The position numbers and the translations under genes were made by a program. The notes beneath the pieces are model-generated. The model was not told the origin of the DNA and searched no databases. It saw only the letters and a program-made list of their open reading frames with translations. This document shows positions 8,743 to 18,199 of a stretch of 53,718 nt of DNA, in pieces (position 1 is the first letter of the stretch; each line of letters opens with the position of its first letter). Origin of the DNA: a virus (Duplodnaviria; Caudoviricetes); the IMG/VR virus record IMGVR_UViG_3300030380_002559, positions 1 through 53,718 of that record; one strand, written 5' to 3'.

Positions 8743-9309
8743 TTACGTGCCAGCAGTCTGCGTATACGCATGCTCGTTAATCAAAACGTATGCATTCGTA
8801 TTTGCAGAACCGGTGTCACTGTTGTCAGGATCTTTAGAGATGCCAATAATACGCAACTGAGCAGTAGAAGCACCAGTAGTGGACGAAATCTCAGTAGAAG
8901 AAAGTCCAGTTACTGTTGACCCACTGGTCGTTGAAGTAGTGTCAGCATTTTCTCCAACTGCAGTAGCCGCGAGAGTACCATCGCACTGTACTTCAAATAC
9001 AATACGAGGATCGTCGTAGACTTGTGCGACGATATCGCTAGCTGCGATACTACCGGGATAAAAGTTGGAAAAGGTAGGCTTTTTCGTAGTTGGGTCGGTA
9101 TAGAAACAACCATTGAACACACCGACAATATCAGCCGAAGATCCGGCTGCAATGTCGATATCACCATCAGCATGCATAATTACCAAGGAACCTTGGAAAA
9201 TAGCGTTAGAAGCGCCTGACGGAATAGTGTACTCGTTCGCAGTGAAGTTCGCAGTACCACCCAAAGTACGGACTGGTCTTAGACCAAAAGCAAAATCGTT
9301 ATTTGCCAT
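8743..9309 (-). CDS. Capsid decoration/cement protein
   Basis: MANNDFAFGLRPVR..., immediately upstream of MCP; RBS AGGAGG. Confidence 0.6.
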   Translation of the reverse strand: MANNDFAFGLRPVRTLGGTANFTANEYTIPSGASNAIFQGSLVIMHADGDIDIAAGSSADIVGVFNGCFYTDPTTKKPTFSNFYPGSIAASDIVAQVYDDPRIVFEVQCDGTLAATAVGENADTTSTTSGSTVTGLSSTEISSTTGASTAQLRIIGISKDPDNSDTGSANTNAYVLINEHAYTQTAGT

Positions 9310-9342
9310 TTTGTCCTCCTAGAAGGGCTAAAGTTAAGCGGC

Positions 9343-9804
9343 CTAATCAGTGTTAGGACCACCAAAGGTTACACGAGACTGCCTATCTTTTGTTATAGGC
9401 ATGGAAGGATGTTGTTCCTTCATAAGATCATTGTCCACCGCCGTCATTTGATCGGCTGTTTGCCGTTCAAAATATTCTGTGCGACTTTCAGCAATCTCTT
9501 CAGGAACCTTTGTTAACATCAACCCACCTACACCGATGACTCCTGCGTGCCGACCATCATCAATGGTTGGCGCGTCGAAATCTGGGTAATCCTCTGCACG
9601 AACAGGCTCATACCCCTCGCGGATTCTACCAGATACATTTTTGCGGTCTTCTTCACCACGAATTTCTGTTCGAACCCATCTGAATTTATAGCCTTCAGGC
9701 GGCTGCGGTGCTTCTAAAGATGAAGCTGGTTTCCAAGGTTTCCTGCGCTCATTTTTAGAGCGAGTTTCGGAAGCGCGAGGAGTTCTTTTGTTTATTTCAG
9801 ACAT
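9343..9804 (-). CDS. Conserved head-module protein
   Basis: WKPASSL...FRWVR...REGYEPV...IGVGGLML motif; between scaffold and capsid genes. Confidence 0.6.
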   Translation of the reverse strand: MSEINKRTPRASETRSKNERRKPWKPASSLEAPQPPEGYKFRWVRTEIRGEEDRKNVSGRIREGYEPVRAEDYPDFDAPTIDDGRHAGVIGVGGLMLTKVPEEIAESRTEYFERQTADQMTAVDNDLMKEQHPSMPITKDRQSRVTFGGPNTD

Positions 9805-10674
9805 TTAAGCCTCCTTCACGTGTTTCGCATATTCCTCAAGTGGAACACCGAGTTTTTTAGCGATAGCCACTTGACTTTGAGTCAAACGAACTGTCTTGCG
9901 CCCGGTTTTTACATTTCTGTTAGCAGGAGCAACAGTCTGGGCGGGTTTCCGTTGTCCTGATCTTTGTTCCTCAAATTTATGAGGAAATTCTTTTCGTATG
10001 CGAGAATCTATCTCAGCATAATAATCTTCTGAAGCAGGATCAAATCCCTCTTCTTCGATCAGTCTACGATGAATAGAGAATGCTGTAAAGGTCATCCCTT
10101 CATCTTTTCCGAACCATTCGTTATCCGATGCCCATTTTTGAGCCCTTGGATCGGCAGGTGTTTGTTGCTGAGCAGGGGGCTGGACCTCTTCCGGAGGCGA
10201 AGCGGACTCTTGTTCTTGTTTTAAACGTACTCCGTTTTGTGAAATTCGATCGTTTTCAACAGCCAAACGAGAAACAAGTTCCTGCGCATCCGCGAGAGCT
10301 TCAGAATCGCCTTCTTCGTAAGCCAGCTTAACAGCACGTTTAGCCTCAGCTAATTCGCTTTTTATACGACCCTCAGATTCAGTTACGAACGCTGCTGCAC
10401 TTTCAGTGTAGTTTTTATTAAGTTGTTCATTTTCATCTTTGAGTTTTTTAGCGAAGTCTAAAGCAGCCTGTTCACGACGCTCAGCTTCTCGCATCTTGTA
10501 CGTTAGGCGATCAATACGCTTTTTTACACCCTCCGAATATTGCTCATGCTCCTCATCCGAAGCCGCTTGTTCGGGAGCTTCTTGTTGCTCCCCTTCCGCG
10601 ACCTCTTCTTCAATTTCAATTTCTAGGTTTTCGGCCTCTTCCGCGACCTCTTCCCGTTCTTTTACATCAGACAT
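9805..10674 (-). CDS. Scaffolding protein (putative)
   Basis: Acidic coiled-coil; C-term LTQSQVAIAKKLGVPLEEYAK; positioned between portal and MCP. Confidence 0.7.
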   Translation of the reverse strand: MSDVKEREEVAEEAENLEIEIEEEVAEGEQQEAPEQAASDEEHEQYSEGVKKRIDRLTYKMREAERREQAALDFAKKLKDENEQLNKNYTESAAAFVTESEGRIKSELAEAKRAVKLAYEEGDSEALADAQELVSRLAVENDRISQNGVRLKQEQESASPPEEVQPPAQQQTPADPRAQKWASDNEWFGKDEGMTFTAFSIHRRLIEEEGFDPASEDYYAEIDSRIRKEFPHKFEEQRSGQRKPAQTVAPANRNVKTGRKTVRLTQSQVAIAKKLGVPLEEYAKHVKEA

Positions 10675-10683
10675 AAATGCCTC

Positions 10684-11175
10684 CTAAACTGCAATAATAT
10701 CGCGGGGATCTTCAATAACCGCGAGGATTTCATCATCGTTTAACAACCGAGGCTCTGCGCCATCGATTTTAAAACGAGAACCAGCGTAACGACCAAACAT
10801 TACCCAGTCGCCTTCTTTGCACCAAGCACCGTCGGGGAATTTACCCTCGTCCTTATACGCGTCTGGCCCTAAACTAACAACGTAACCAACATTCGTTGCT
10901 AATTGATTGCGCTCACGCGTTTCATCGGAAAGGATAACACCGCCTTTAGTAGATTGAGGCAGAGTATATGGAAGAATAAGGATACGCCAGCCAGTTGGCT
11001 TTGGAAGACGTTCTAATGCAGAACGTGAATCATCCGCTTGCTCATCTGATAAAGCAAAAGTAGCAGGATTTAACAAATCTTTTTTCTTTTGCGATTCTGC
11101 TTTGTTGTTTTCAACAATTTTAGCAGCTCGGCGTTCCTCTATTACACGGTCAGGAACGTATAACCTTTTAGTCAT
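10684..11175 (-). CDS. groES: Co-chaperonin GroES-like protein
   Basis: PTGWRILI...TKGGVIL...GYVVSLGP...EGDWVMFGRYAGS...LLNDDEILAV. Confidence 0.85.
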   Translation of the reverse strand: MTKRLYVPDRVIEERRAAKIVENNKAESQKKKDLLNPATFALSDEQADDSRSALERLPKPTGWRILILPYTLPQSTKGGVILSDETRERNQLATNVGYVVSLGPDAYKDEGKFPDGAWCKEGDWVMFGRYAGSRFKIDGAEPRLLNDDEILAVIEDPRDIIAV

Positions 11176-11359
11176 CGTCGGCAGTCTCCATACGCTTTCG
11201 CGTTTCTTTAAGAAGTTGTTCTATTTCACCGAGAGCAGAAACCCGGCCCATATAGTGCTGGTAGTCCTCTATAGAAGACACCCCATTCGACATTAGCGTT
11301 TCACTAATTTCTGCCTGTCGTTTTTCAATTTTTTCTAGCAAATAGCTAATAAGGTCCAC
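11168..11359 (-). CDS. Hypothetical protein
   Basis: 63-aa helical ORF coupled to neighbours. Confidence 0.6.
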   Translation of the reverse strand: MDLISYLLEKIEKRQAEISETLMSNGVSSIEDYQHYMGRVSALGEIEQLLKETRKRMETADDD

Positions 11360-11742
11360 TAAAAAAGCCCCGAAAACTTTGTCCCGCCGATCGCTTTACG
11401 ACCGCCTCTTGAACGGCCCGCAGCAAGAACTTCATCTCCGTCACCGCTACCACCGTAATTTCCGTCTCTTGCTTGCTTTACACCAGCACCTGCAAGTTTA
11501 TCAGCATAAGTGATTTTATCTTTCGGTTCCGCTAACGCAGCAAATTTCTTTTGTTTGTCTGTCATCTCAGAACCGCCACCTGAACGTCTTTTAACGCCGT
11601 TCTTTTTACCCGGTCTCGGAGTAACACCAACGTCTTTTTGACCCAAAGCTTGAGCTAGATCGAATTTTAAAACCTCTAACTGATCAGGATCTAATTCAGT
11701 CTCAATCATCGCCATTAAATCTTTTACACGTGTATTAGCCAT
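11359..11742 (-). CDS. Hypothetical low-complexity protein
   Basis: 127-aa ORF following the portal; ends RGGRKAIGGTKFSGLF. Confidence 0.6.
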   Translation of the reverse strand: MANTRVKDLMAMIETELDPDQLEVLKFDLAQALGQKDVGVTPRPGKKNGVKRRSGGGSEMTDKQKKFAALAEPKDKITYADKLAGAGVKQARDGNYGGSGDGDEVLAAGRSRGGRKAIGGTKFSGLF

Positions 11743-11744
11743 AA

Positions 11745-14105
11745 TTACCTCTTTGTCGCTAAAGTGACGTTTGCGCGGAGTGCAGCAATATCTTCATCCG
11801 AAGAAATTTCAGCCTTTTTAAGTTCGCCATCTTGTTGAAGTTTAGCGGCCTCAAGCTGATTACGCGCTTGATCTGCCATCGCTTTACGTTGAACTTCCTG
11901 TTGTTGAATTTGCAGTTCTTGCTGTTTCAACTGTACGATTGGGTCAAATTGACCTGTTCCTGCAATCTGCTGGGCCATTTGGGATACCTGTGCTGTTGCT
12001 TGGGCGGTAGCTTGGGCGAGCATCGCTTCCTGTTCAGGAGGCAAAATTTGCCCCTCCGCTGGAAGCGGAAATCCAATAATTTGCTCAACCTGTTGACGAT
12101 ATTTTAAACCTAAATGCTCTTGCATATGTGCCATAAGGACTTGAGTAGCGACCGTATTCTTTTGAATATTCGGATCTTGCAAAAATGCACTATGCGTTGC
12201 AATATGCGCATCGTGGTTCTGCGACTCAAACGCTTTTAGCGGTTTACCCGTTAAAGCATCCACGTTTTCAGAAACAGGGTCTTTCGGTGCAGCCTCGTCT
12301 TTTGGTGGCAAGATCTTATCGACATTTTGTATATTTAACGCCATATACATACGGCGATAAGCCTCGTGCAAATCATGAAGCTGAGGGGCGGACTGGGCTA
12401 ATTGTAGCTGAGTTTGCGCTAAAGTAACGCGCTGACTCATACTAAACATCGCGGGGTCACTTACCGGTACGACATCAATACGATCATCGAAATCGTCAGC
12501 TTTTGCGCTTGCGCCTACATCACCGGGTATCTGGTAGGGGTATTCAGGCGGTAAATAAGTCTTGATTACGTTAGCAAGAATACGCAATTCTTGACGCTGA
12601 GCGTAATGTAGGCGCTTATGGATTGCGCTAAGAACCTTCGTTCCTTGTTCTAAGAGCGCAACAGTAGTACCCACGGGATTAGCTTGGCTCCCTTCGCCTA
12701 CGTTAATATCCGTGACGGACGCAAAACGCCGACCGCTATCAACAAGAACGCCCAACATTTGGAGGAGTGTGCCAGACGGTTCCTTATACGGTAGCGGCAT
12801 AATCGCCTCACGAATCGACGAACCGGGTGCATCAACGTCACGGAATTCTCCCGGCTGAAGCGGTAGATCTTCATCGCGAACTCGTAAGCCACGTGCTTTA
12901 AAACCAGCCGGTAAATTAGCTAAAGTGCCAGCATCAATTAACTGACGCAAGATTGAGGTGGCTGACTTTGTTAAGCCACCAATCATATGGATCAGACCAA
13001 AACCGTAAAACCCAAGACCGGGAAGAAACTTATAGTGGGTAAAATACCGAATTTTAGACTTTTCTGTGTCCTTTTGATCGTAGTTTCTTCGTATCGCTAA
13101 AATTTCAGAAGTTTGTTCGTGGATTGTAACGATATACGGAACAGCTATACCCGTTTCTTCGCCATCTTCGTCTTTTTCCTCGAAACCGGGTAGATCAAGG
13201 TCAACATGCATTTCTAAAATGGTTATATAACCGTTAGATTGAGCATTAGGGCGAAATCCTGTTAAATCTTGAACTTTATCTTTTGCATCAGCTAAATCAG
13301 TAAATTCATCCCCAAATACTTCAGTATCACGGTAAAAGCCAGAAACTTGTAATTTACGGACGTCGTTTTCATTCATATTGATAACGTGCGTAAAACGCGG
13401 AGTCGTTTCTAAACTTGATTCAGTATACGAAACAACTAAATCGTCCGGCATAACAAACTTACTGACCGGACGGTTCAAAGATTGATCAAAATACGTTTTC
13501 TTAAAAGTAGAGCCAGCGAGGGGTAAATAGAACAACATTTGATCCAGCTCCGGATCAAACTCCTCCATAACGTCCAAAACCATAAAATTCATATAGTTTC
13601 GGACGCGTTCCGCTTGTTCTAAGATTTCTGGCGTTTCGTCGCCGAGGATGCGCGTTTGCGTCGGACCACCGGGCGGGAGGAGTTCTTTGTACGCCCCCGC
13701 TTGGAACTGGGTCGCGCTTTCGGCGATGAGCGGGTGGTAGACGCCGGTTGCGCCACGGAACGGTTCTTCCCTGTCATCGGTTTTAATTCCGAGGAGGTCG
13801 AGGCCGTCGGTGTATTGGTTAAGCCAGTCCTGACGCGATTCCAGATCGTCTTTATACGACGAAAGTAATTCTGTAGCCAACTCATCAAGCTCTCCTTCAT
13901 CCATTTCTTCAGCTAAATTTGAATAAAAGTCACCTTGGTCATCCTCATCGTCTTCAACATACCCGACAATAGCACTACCATCATCAAGCATAACCGTATC
14001 ATCAGAAGCAAAAAGCGGCATCTGCTCTTCCACAGTTGTCTCTACCTCAATCTCCGCTTCTTGCGGAGTCGCCAACAACTGAGAAATTGACTTTTCAACC
14101 GACAT
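11745..14105 (-). CDS. Portal protein
   Basis: 786 aa directly downstream of TerL; DQMLFYLPLAGSTFKK and PGLGFYGFGLIH motifs; Gln-rich C-terminal barrel like P22-type portals. Confidence 0.85.
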   Translation of the reverse strand: MSVEKSISQLLATPQEAEIEVETTVEEQMPLFASDDTVMLDDGSAIVGYVEDDEDDQGDFYSNLAEEMDEGELDELATELLSSYKDDLESRQDWLNQYTDGLDLLGIKTDDREEPFRGATGVYHPLIAESATQFQAGAYKELLPPGGPTQTRILGDETPEILEQAERVRNYMNFMVLDVMEEFDPELDQMLFYLPLAGSTFKKTYFDQSLNRPVSKFVMPDDLVVSYTESSLETTPRFTHVINMNENDVRKLQVSGFYRDTEVFGDEFTDLADAKDKVQDLTGFRPNAQSNGYITILEMHVDLDLPGFEEKDEDGEETGIAVPYIVTIHEQTSEILAIRRNYDQKDTEKSKIRYFTHYKFLPGLGFYGFGLIHMIGGLTKSATSILRQLIDAGTLANLPAGFKARGLRVRDEDLPLQPGEFRDVDAPGSSIREAIMPLPYKEPSGTLLQMLGVLVDSGRRFASVTDINVGEGSQANPVGTTVALLEQGTKVLSAIHKRLHYAQRQELRILANVIKTYLPPEYPYQIPGDVGASAKADDFDDRIDVVPVSDPAMFSMSQRVTLAQTQLQLAQSAPQLHDLHEAYRRMYMALNIQNVDKILPPKDEAAPKDPVSENVDALTGKPLKAFESQNHDAHIATHSAFLQDPNIQKNTVATQVLMAHMQEHLGLKYRQQVEQIIGFPLPAEGQILPPEQEAMLAQATAQATAQVSQMAQQIAGTGQFDPIVQLKQQELQIQQQEVQRKAMADQARNQLEAAKLQQDGELKKAEISSDEDIAALRANVTLATKR

Positions 14106-14116
14106 TTTTTACTCCG

Positions 14117-15595
14117 TCAATAGTATACAAAACTTTTGAGTTTGTACTCAAGCTCGTCGTCCTCATAATCTGACGGCTGGCGGATAAACCCACCTTGCCG
14201 AAAGCGTAATAGGGCTTGTGTCGTGGAATCGACCAAGTCGTCATGTTCTCCGTTAGGGAATTCGCACAATTCTTCGACAAGTTCTTCCGCGAACCTTGTT
14301 TCTGGAACCCAGACCAACCCGGACTCAAAAATGGGTGAAACAGCGTTAGTGCGAGCAATCTTATCATTCCCTCTATTAGGCGAATAATTTTGTACGGGTA
14401 TACCCATAGCCCGTAATTCTTGCGTCAACGGTAAACCTGACGCTTTTGACTCGATAATAACTGAATCAGGATCCCAGTGTATATAACTTTCGTAAGCGAC
14501 CTGTTTTAGTTCCGGAAAATCATAACGATCTTTGATCGAATCAAGTAAAATTATGTTATATTGGTCGGTTTCTTCGTTACGGAAGACGCCCCAAGTCGTA
14601 ATCGCGCTAAAATCAGCGGTTTGTGACTTCAAAAACGCCGTATCGTAGCTTTGGATAATATATTCAGGCGTTGGCGGGGCTACTTTATCCCAAATTTTGA
14701 TCCATTCGCGTTGAATTATCGCGCCTTCGCCGCCTGTAGGCTCTTGCATCCACTGCGCAGCCCATTTTTGGTGCGGCAGCGAGGCTCGAATACCCTCTAA
14801 TTCTTCAATTTTCCAAAATTCTGGCCAACAAGGCGCACCAGACGGCATAATTGCAGGAAATTCAATAACTTCCCATTGGTCAGCCTTCGGATCTAAAGCC
14901 TGTGCCTTCATTAATTGGCCTGTAAGATCCTTTTTTGACCACCTTGTCATGACCAAAACGATAGTTCCACCCGGTTGTAGACGCTGTCGGGGACCAGATG
15001 TATACCATTCGTAGGCCATATCCATGGCCGTTTCGCTCATCGCGTCTTGTTCCGAGTGCGGGTCGTCAATAATAAGAACATCAGCACCACGACCAGTGAT
15101 CGCACCTCCGACACCAGACGCAAAATACTCCCCGCCCTTCGATGTTTCCCATCGTCCTGCAGCCTTGGAATCCGCTCGCAATGAAACATCTTGAAAAACT
15201 TTCTTATAATCGTCCGTATCTACGAGGTCACGAATTTTTCTACCAAAACGCACGGCTAGTTCGCCAGTATGCGTTGCCTGAATTATCTTTAAATCAGGTT
15301 TAAGGCCCAAGAGCCAAGATGGAAGGAAATACGACGACATTTCTGACTTCGAATGTCGTGGCCCCATATTAATAATTACGCGCTTTAATTCACCACGCGC
15401 AATACGATTAAACGTCTGGGACATTTTACGATGGTGCGCACCCTCAATAAACGAAGGCCACATCGTTTTGACATAAGTTAAGAAGTCCTCGCGCGATTGT
15501 TTACGGACTTCACGTTGTTTTAGCTCTTCGGCGATAACAAACGCAAGTTCAGCTTTTTCGCGAGGTAAGTGAGAAAAGTCGGCGTTATCGAGCAT
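14117..15595 (-). CDS. terL: Terminase large subunit
   Basis: INMGPRHSKS (Walker A-like), GRGADVLIIDDPH (Walker B), VMTRW, nuclease motifs SYDTA...IESKASG...HDDLVDS. Confidence 0.93.
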   Translation of the reverse strand: MLDNADFSHLPREKAELAFVIAEELKQREVRKQSREDFLTYVKTMWPSFIEGAHHRKMSQTFNRIARGELKRVIINMGPRHSKSEMSSYFLPSWLLGLKPDLKIIQATHTGELAVRFGRKIRDLVDTDDYKKVFQDVSLRADSKAAGRWETSKGGEYFASGVGGAITGRGADVLIIDDPHSEQDAMSETAMDMAYEWYTSGPRQRLQPGGTIVLVMTRWSKKDLTGQLMKAQALDPKADQWEVIEFPAIMPSGAPCWPEFWKIEELEGIRASLPHQKWAAQWMQEPTGGEGAIIQREWIKIWDKVAPPTPEYIIQSYDTAFLKSQTADFSAITTWGVFRNEETDQYNIILLDSIKDRYDFPELKQVAYESYIHWDPDSVIIESKASGLPLTQELRAMGIPVQNYSPNRGNDKIARTNAVSPIFESGLVWVPETRFAEELVEELCEFPNGEHDDLVDSTTQALLRFRQGGFIRQPSDYEDDELEYKLKSFVYY

Positions 15596-15601
15596 AGCTC
15601 A

Positions 15602-16492
15602 TTATACCGTTACGTTAAAATTCTGACGCGGATCCATATTTTGGGAAAATAATTTACCGATACCTAAATCTTGTAATGGCGTCTTATAATTAAATTGAAT
15701 ACTCTTATCTTGGCCAAACGGGTCAATTTTAATTTTATACCCCCCTTCGCCTAGATTACCCCCAATAGAAGGGCCACCATCCCGAGCTAACTTACCTGCC
15801 CTCATTAACATATCTTGAAGCGCCGGAGGTAAATATTGACTAGAACCTAGGGCATCTAAACCAACCGTTTGATACATACCCGGTATATCTTGGACAGGCG
15901 CAGATTGGACAGGCGTATTATCAATCGGTGCACCTGTAATCCCACCGTTTATTTTTGGTTGGTTAGAAATCTCGTTGGCTTTTTCATTAGCCTTTTGTAA
16001 TAAACTTTGAGCCGGTGCCTCATCTGGCTGAAATACTCTAGGACGATTTCCACCACCTAAAAGTTGCCCAACTATACCACCGCCCTTTAAATATGAACCT
16101 ATTGCACCTAACGCACCCGCAGGTTCAGGCTGCGGAGCTAATTGCACTGTTCCACCGGGAACAACTGAACCAATTTTTAAAGCTGGGGCGTAGCCGGGAA
16201 CGGGATCACCTTTTCCGCCTTTTCTGTATCCTTCTCCAGAAACTAACCCAAGATACTGATCATACGCCAGCCTATTAATATTATCTATAGCTGTTTGCGT
16301 AAGACCCTCGTTGCCAAAACGACCACCCTCTCGGCCAAGTAACCGGTTCTTTCCGGGCTCATAAAACATGCCCGAATAACCGTAGGGATCCGTGTCCGTG
16401 CGACCAGTTTCCTGCATAAAATTTTGCAGACCTGTGTCATATTCGATTAAACGATCTCTTTCAACCGAGGCTTCAGCATAAGGATCTCTCAT
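15602..16492 (-). CDS. Hypothetical Gly/Pro-rich protein (possibly virion-internal)
   Basis: 296-aa ORF upstream of terL with late-gene codon style. Confidence 0.55.
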   Translation of the reverse strand: MRDPYAEASVERDRLIEYDTGLQNFMQETGRTDTDPYGYSGMFYEPGKNRLLGREGGRFGNEGLTQTAIDNINRLAYDQYLGLVSGEGYRKGGKGDPVPGYAPALKIGSVVPGGTVQLAPQPEPAGALGAIGSYLKGGGIVGQLLGGGNRPRVFQPDEAPAQSLLQKANEKANEISNQPKINGGITGAPIDNTPVQSAPVQDIPGMYQTVGLDALGSSQYLPPALQDMLMRAGKLARDGGPSIGGNLGEGGYKIKIDPFGQDKSIQFNYKTPLQDLGIGKLFSQNMDPRQNFNVTV

Positions 16493-16751
16493 TTTATCAA
16501 CCCTAGATCATGAATCTTGAACCAAGATACACTAAACAAAATCAAAATAAAATGGGGGTTGGAGAAGGTTCCTTGGACCTTCATACTATTTTATGAGGTA
16601 GGGGTAGAAGGTTCCTTATCCAAAAATTCATGCTGCATTATTCGAGCGACCTCAGCCTAAAGACTTTCTTGTGTGTGCGGCGCGATTTTAGGGGATGGGG
16701 GTCGCGGCAAGCCCCAGCCAGATCAGCGTCCAGCTGGGACTCAAAGCAGTG

Positions 16752-16985
16752 TCAGGCGGACATGTCACCGACGGACCAGATCAGGCCGATCAGAGACCAT
16801 GGCGTGCCAACGACGGCAAGCGCCAGCAGCATGATGCCGACGATGTTGTCGAACAGATCAGCGCCACCGAACAAAAGATGGAAGCCTGCAGCACCCAGAC
16901 CAAGAAAGCAGGGAAGCACGACACCGAATGCCTGAGCTTTTCTTTTTGCGATGGTGCGAGCGTGTGCGATAAATACTGGTTTCAT
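16752..16985 (-). CDS. Small membrane protein (2 TM)
   Basis: Two hydrophobic segments; RBS GGAAGGA. Confidence 0.6.
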   Translation of the reverse strand: MKPVFIAHARTIAKRKAQAFGVVLPCFLGLGAAGFHLLFGGADLFDNIVGIMLLALAVVGTPWSLIGLIWSVGDMSA

Positions 16986-17008
16986 TTTCTCATTCCTTCC
17001 GAGTAGGT

Positions 17009-17028
17009 GGCGGGGCCGAAGCCCCGCC
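17009..17028 (-). other. Stable cUUCGg-tetraloop hairpin
   Basis: GGCGGGGC-UUCG-GCCCCGCC right after a stop codon; no U-tract. Its core is identical to the hairpin at 19491-19508. Confidence 0.6.
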
Positions 17029-17035
17029 GGTTACA

Positions 17036-17389
17036 TTAGCCAACGATCAACATATCTGCTTCGATCAAACGCTTGCGGTAAAAAGTCAGGATCCGCTCGG
17101 GCGACTGGACAGTCGACAGCGAGCTGTCATCTGCGGCCATCGCGTCCAGCAGCTGGCGCTGGGTGGCGGAACCACCAAGCTTCTGCAGCTCGAACAAGAT
17201 CGCCTGTGCTTGCGCGGGCATCGGCTTAACCGCAAGCAGCTCGCCCGCATTTTCCGCCAGCCGCAACTTTACGTTATTGCTTCCTTTCGGCGACGGGGCA
17301 GGGATACCACAACGTGCGATCGACTTTGGATCGGCAGTCGGAGTAACAGTGGCACCGTTCGAGGACGGCTTAGAGAGCTTCTTAGTCAT
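17036..17389 (-). CDS. Putative winged-helix-like DNA-binding protein, paralog 2
   Basis: Start MTKKLSK after AAAGGA; clearly homologous to 17736..18146 (GIPAPxPKG...Q...IL..L..LGG.A.Q.QL.DAM...LSTVQ.P.RI.TFYRK). Confidence 0.65.
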   Translation of the reverse strand: MTKKLSKPSSNGATVTPTADPKSIARCGIPAPSPKGSNNVKLRLAENAGELLAVKPMPAQAQAILFELQKLGGSATQRQLLDAMAADDSSLSTVQSPERILTFYRKRLIEADMLIVG

Positions 17390-17502
17390 AGCGATTTCCT
17401 TTCGCTTCTGGGAAGGACAACTGCGTCCTTCCAACAAATTCATTCTTGCACATGCTCATAAGATAGTAAAGCTTTTATTTACTATTGTATGAACTTTTTT
17501 AA

Positions 17503-17525
17503 AACATGCGAGCAGCTCGCATGTT
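17503..17525. repeat. Perfect 11-bp inverted repeat (operator-like)
   Basis: AACATGCGAGC-A-GCTCGCATGTT upstream of the paralog-2 promoter region. Confidence 0.6.
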
Positions 17526-17554
17526 AACCCAAATCAGGTTAACGCCACAAACAG

Positions 17555-17690
17555 CGTCAATCAGTCAAACAAACAAAGAACTCAGTCAGTCATTCAAGAC
17601 TCAATGACTGATGTTCAGTCAGCGCGAGGCAACTCAAAGATGATGAAGAGGGGGATGATGAAGGCACCGTCAGTCAGTCACTCAGGGGCC
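17555..17690. repeat. Degenerate (TCAG)n / (TGAC)n array
   Basis: gtcaatcagtca, ctcagtcagtca, ttcagtcag, gtcagtcagtcactcag. Confidence 0.7.
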
Positions 17691-17700
17691 AAGGACAATG

Positions 17701-17727
17701 AAAGGGCGGTCAGCGAACCGACCGCCC
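17701..17727 (-). terminator. Probable terminator
   Basis: GGGCGGUC/GACCGCCC stem with a short U-run after the stop at 17736. Confidence 0.55.
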
Positions 17728-17735
17728 AATCAATA

Positions 17736-18146
17736 TCAAGCGTAGGTGATAAACCCATCTTCCATCAGCATCTTGCGATAGAAGGTATAAATGCGCTTCG
17801 GTGTCTGCACGGTCGAAAGACCTTGCTCTAGCATCGCATCAACAAGCTGCTCTTGCGAAGCCTCGCCACCTAGCGCCTCGAGCGTATCGAGAATGACGCC
17901 AGCCTGATTAGGAAGGCGACGGTTTTCAATCACCTTGGTAAGAAGCTTGACCTTACGACCGTTGAACCCTTTCGGAGCAGGGGCAGGAATGCCAGAGTTA
18001 CCGGCAGGATCGACAACCTTTAATGCTGCCTTCGCGGCACCGCGTACACCCATGCTGGGGGCAAGCAGAGAAATCGGATCAGACTTCTTGGTGGTGGTCT
18101 TCTTGGCCTTTGTGGAAGTGGCCTTCTTCTTAGCTGCTGCAGTCAT
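17736..18146 (-). CDS. Putative winged-helix-like DNA-binding protein, paralog 1 (Lys-rich N-tail)
   Basis: RBS AAGGAG; own promoter and terminator; homologous to 17036..17389 and 29705..30004. Confidence 0.7.
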   Translation of the reverse strand: MTAAAKKKATSTKAKKTTTKKSDPISLLAPSMGVRGAAKAALKVVDPAGNSGIPAPAPKGFNGRKVKLLTKVIENRRLPNQAGVILDTLEALGGEASQEQLVDAMLEQGLSTVQTPKRIYTFYRKMLMEDGFITYA

Positions 18147-18199
18147 AGCTTTCTCCTTTTATGACTGTTGTGGTCAGGCACCTCGCCTTAACCTTGCAA

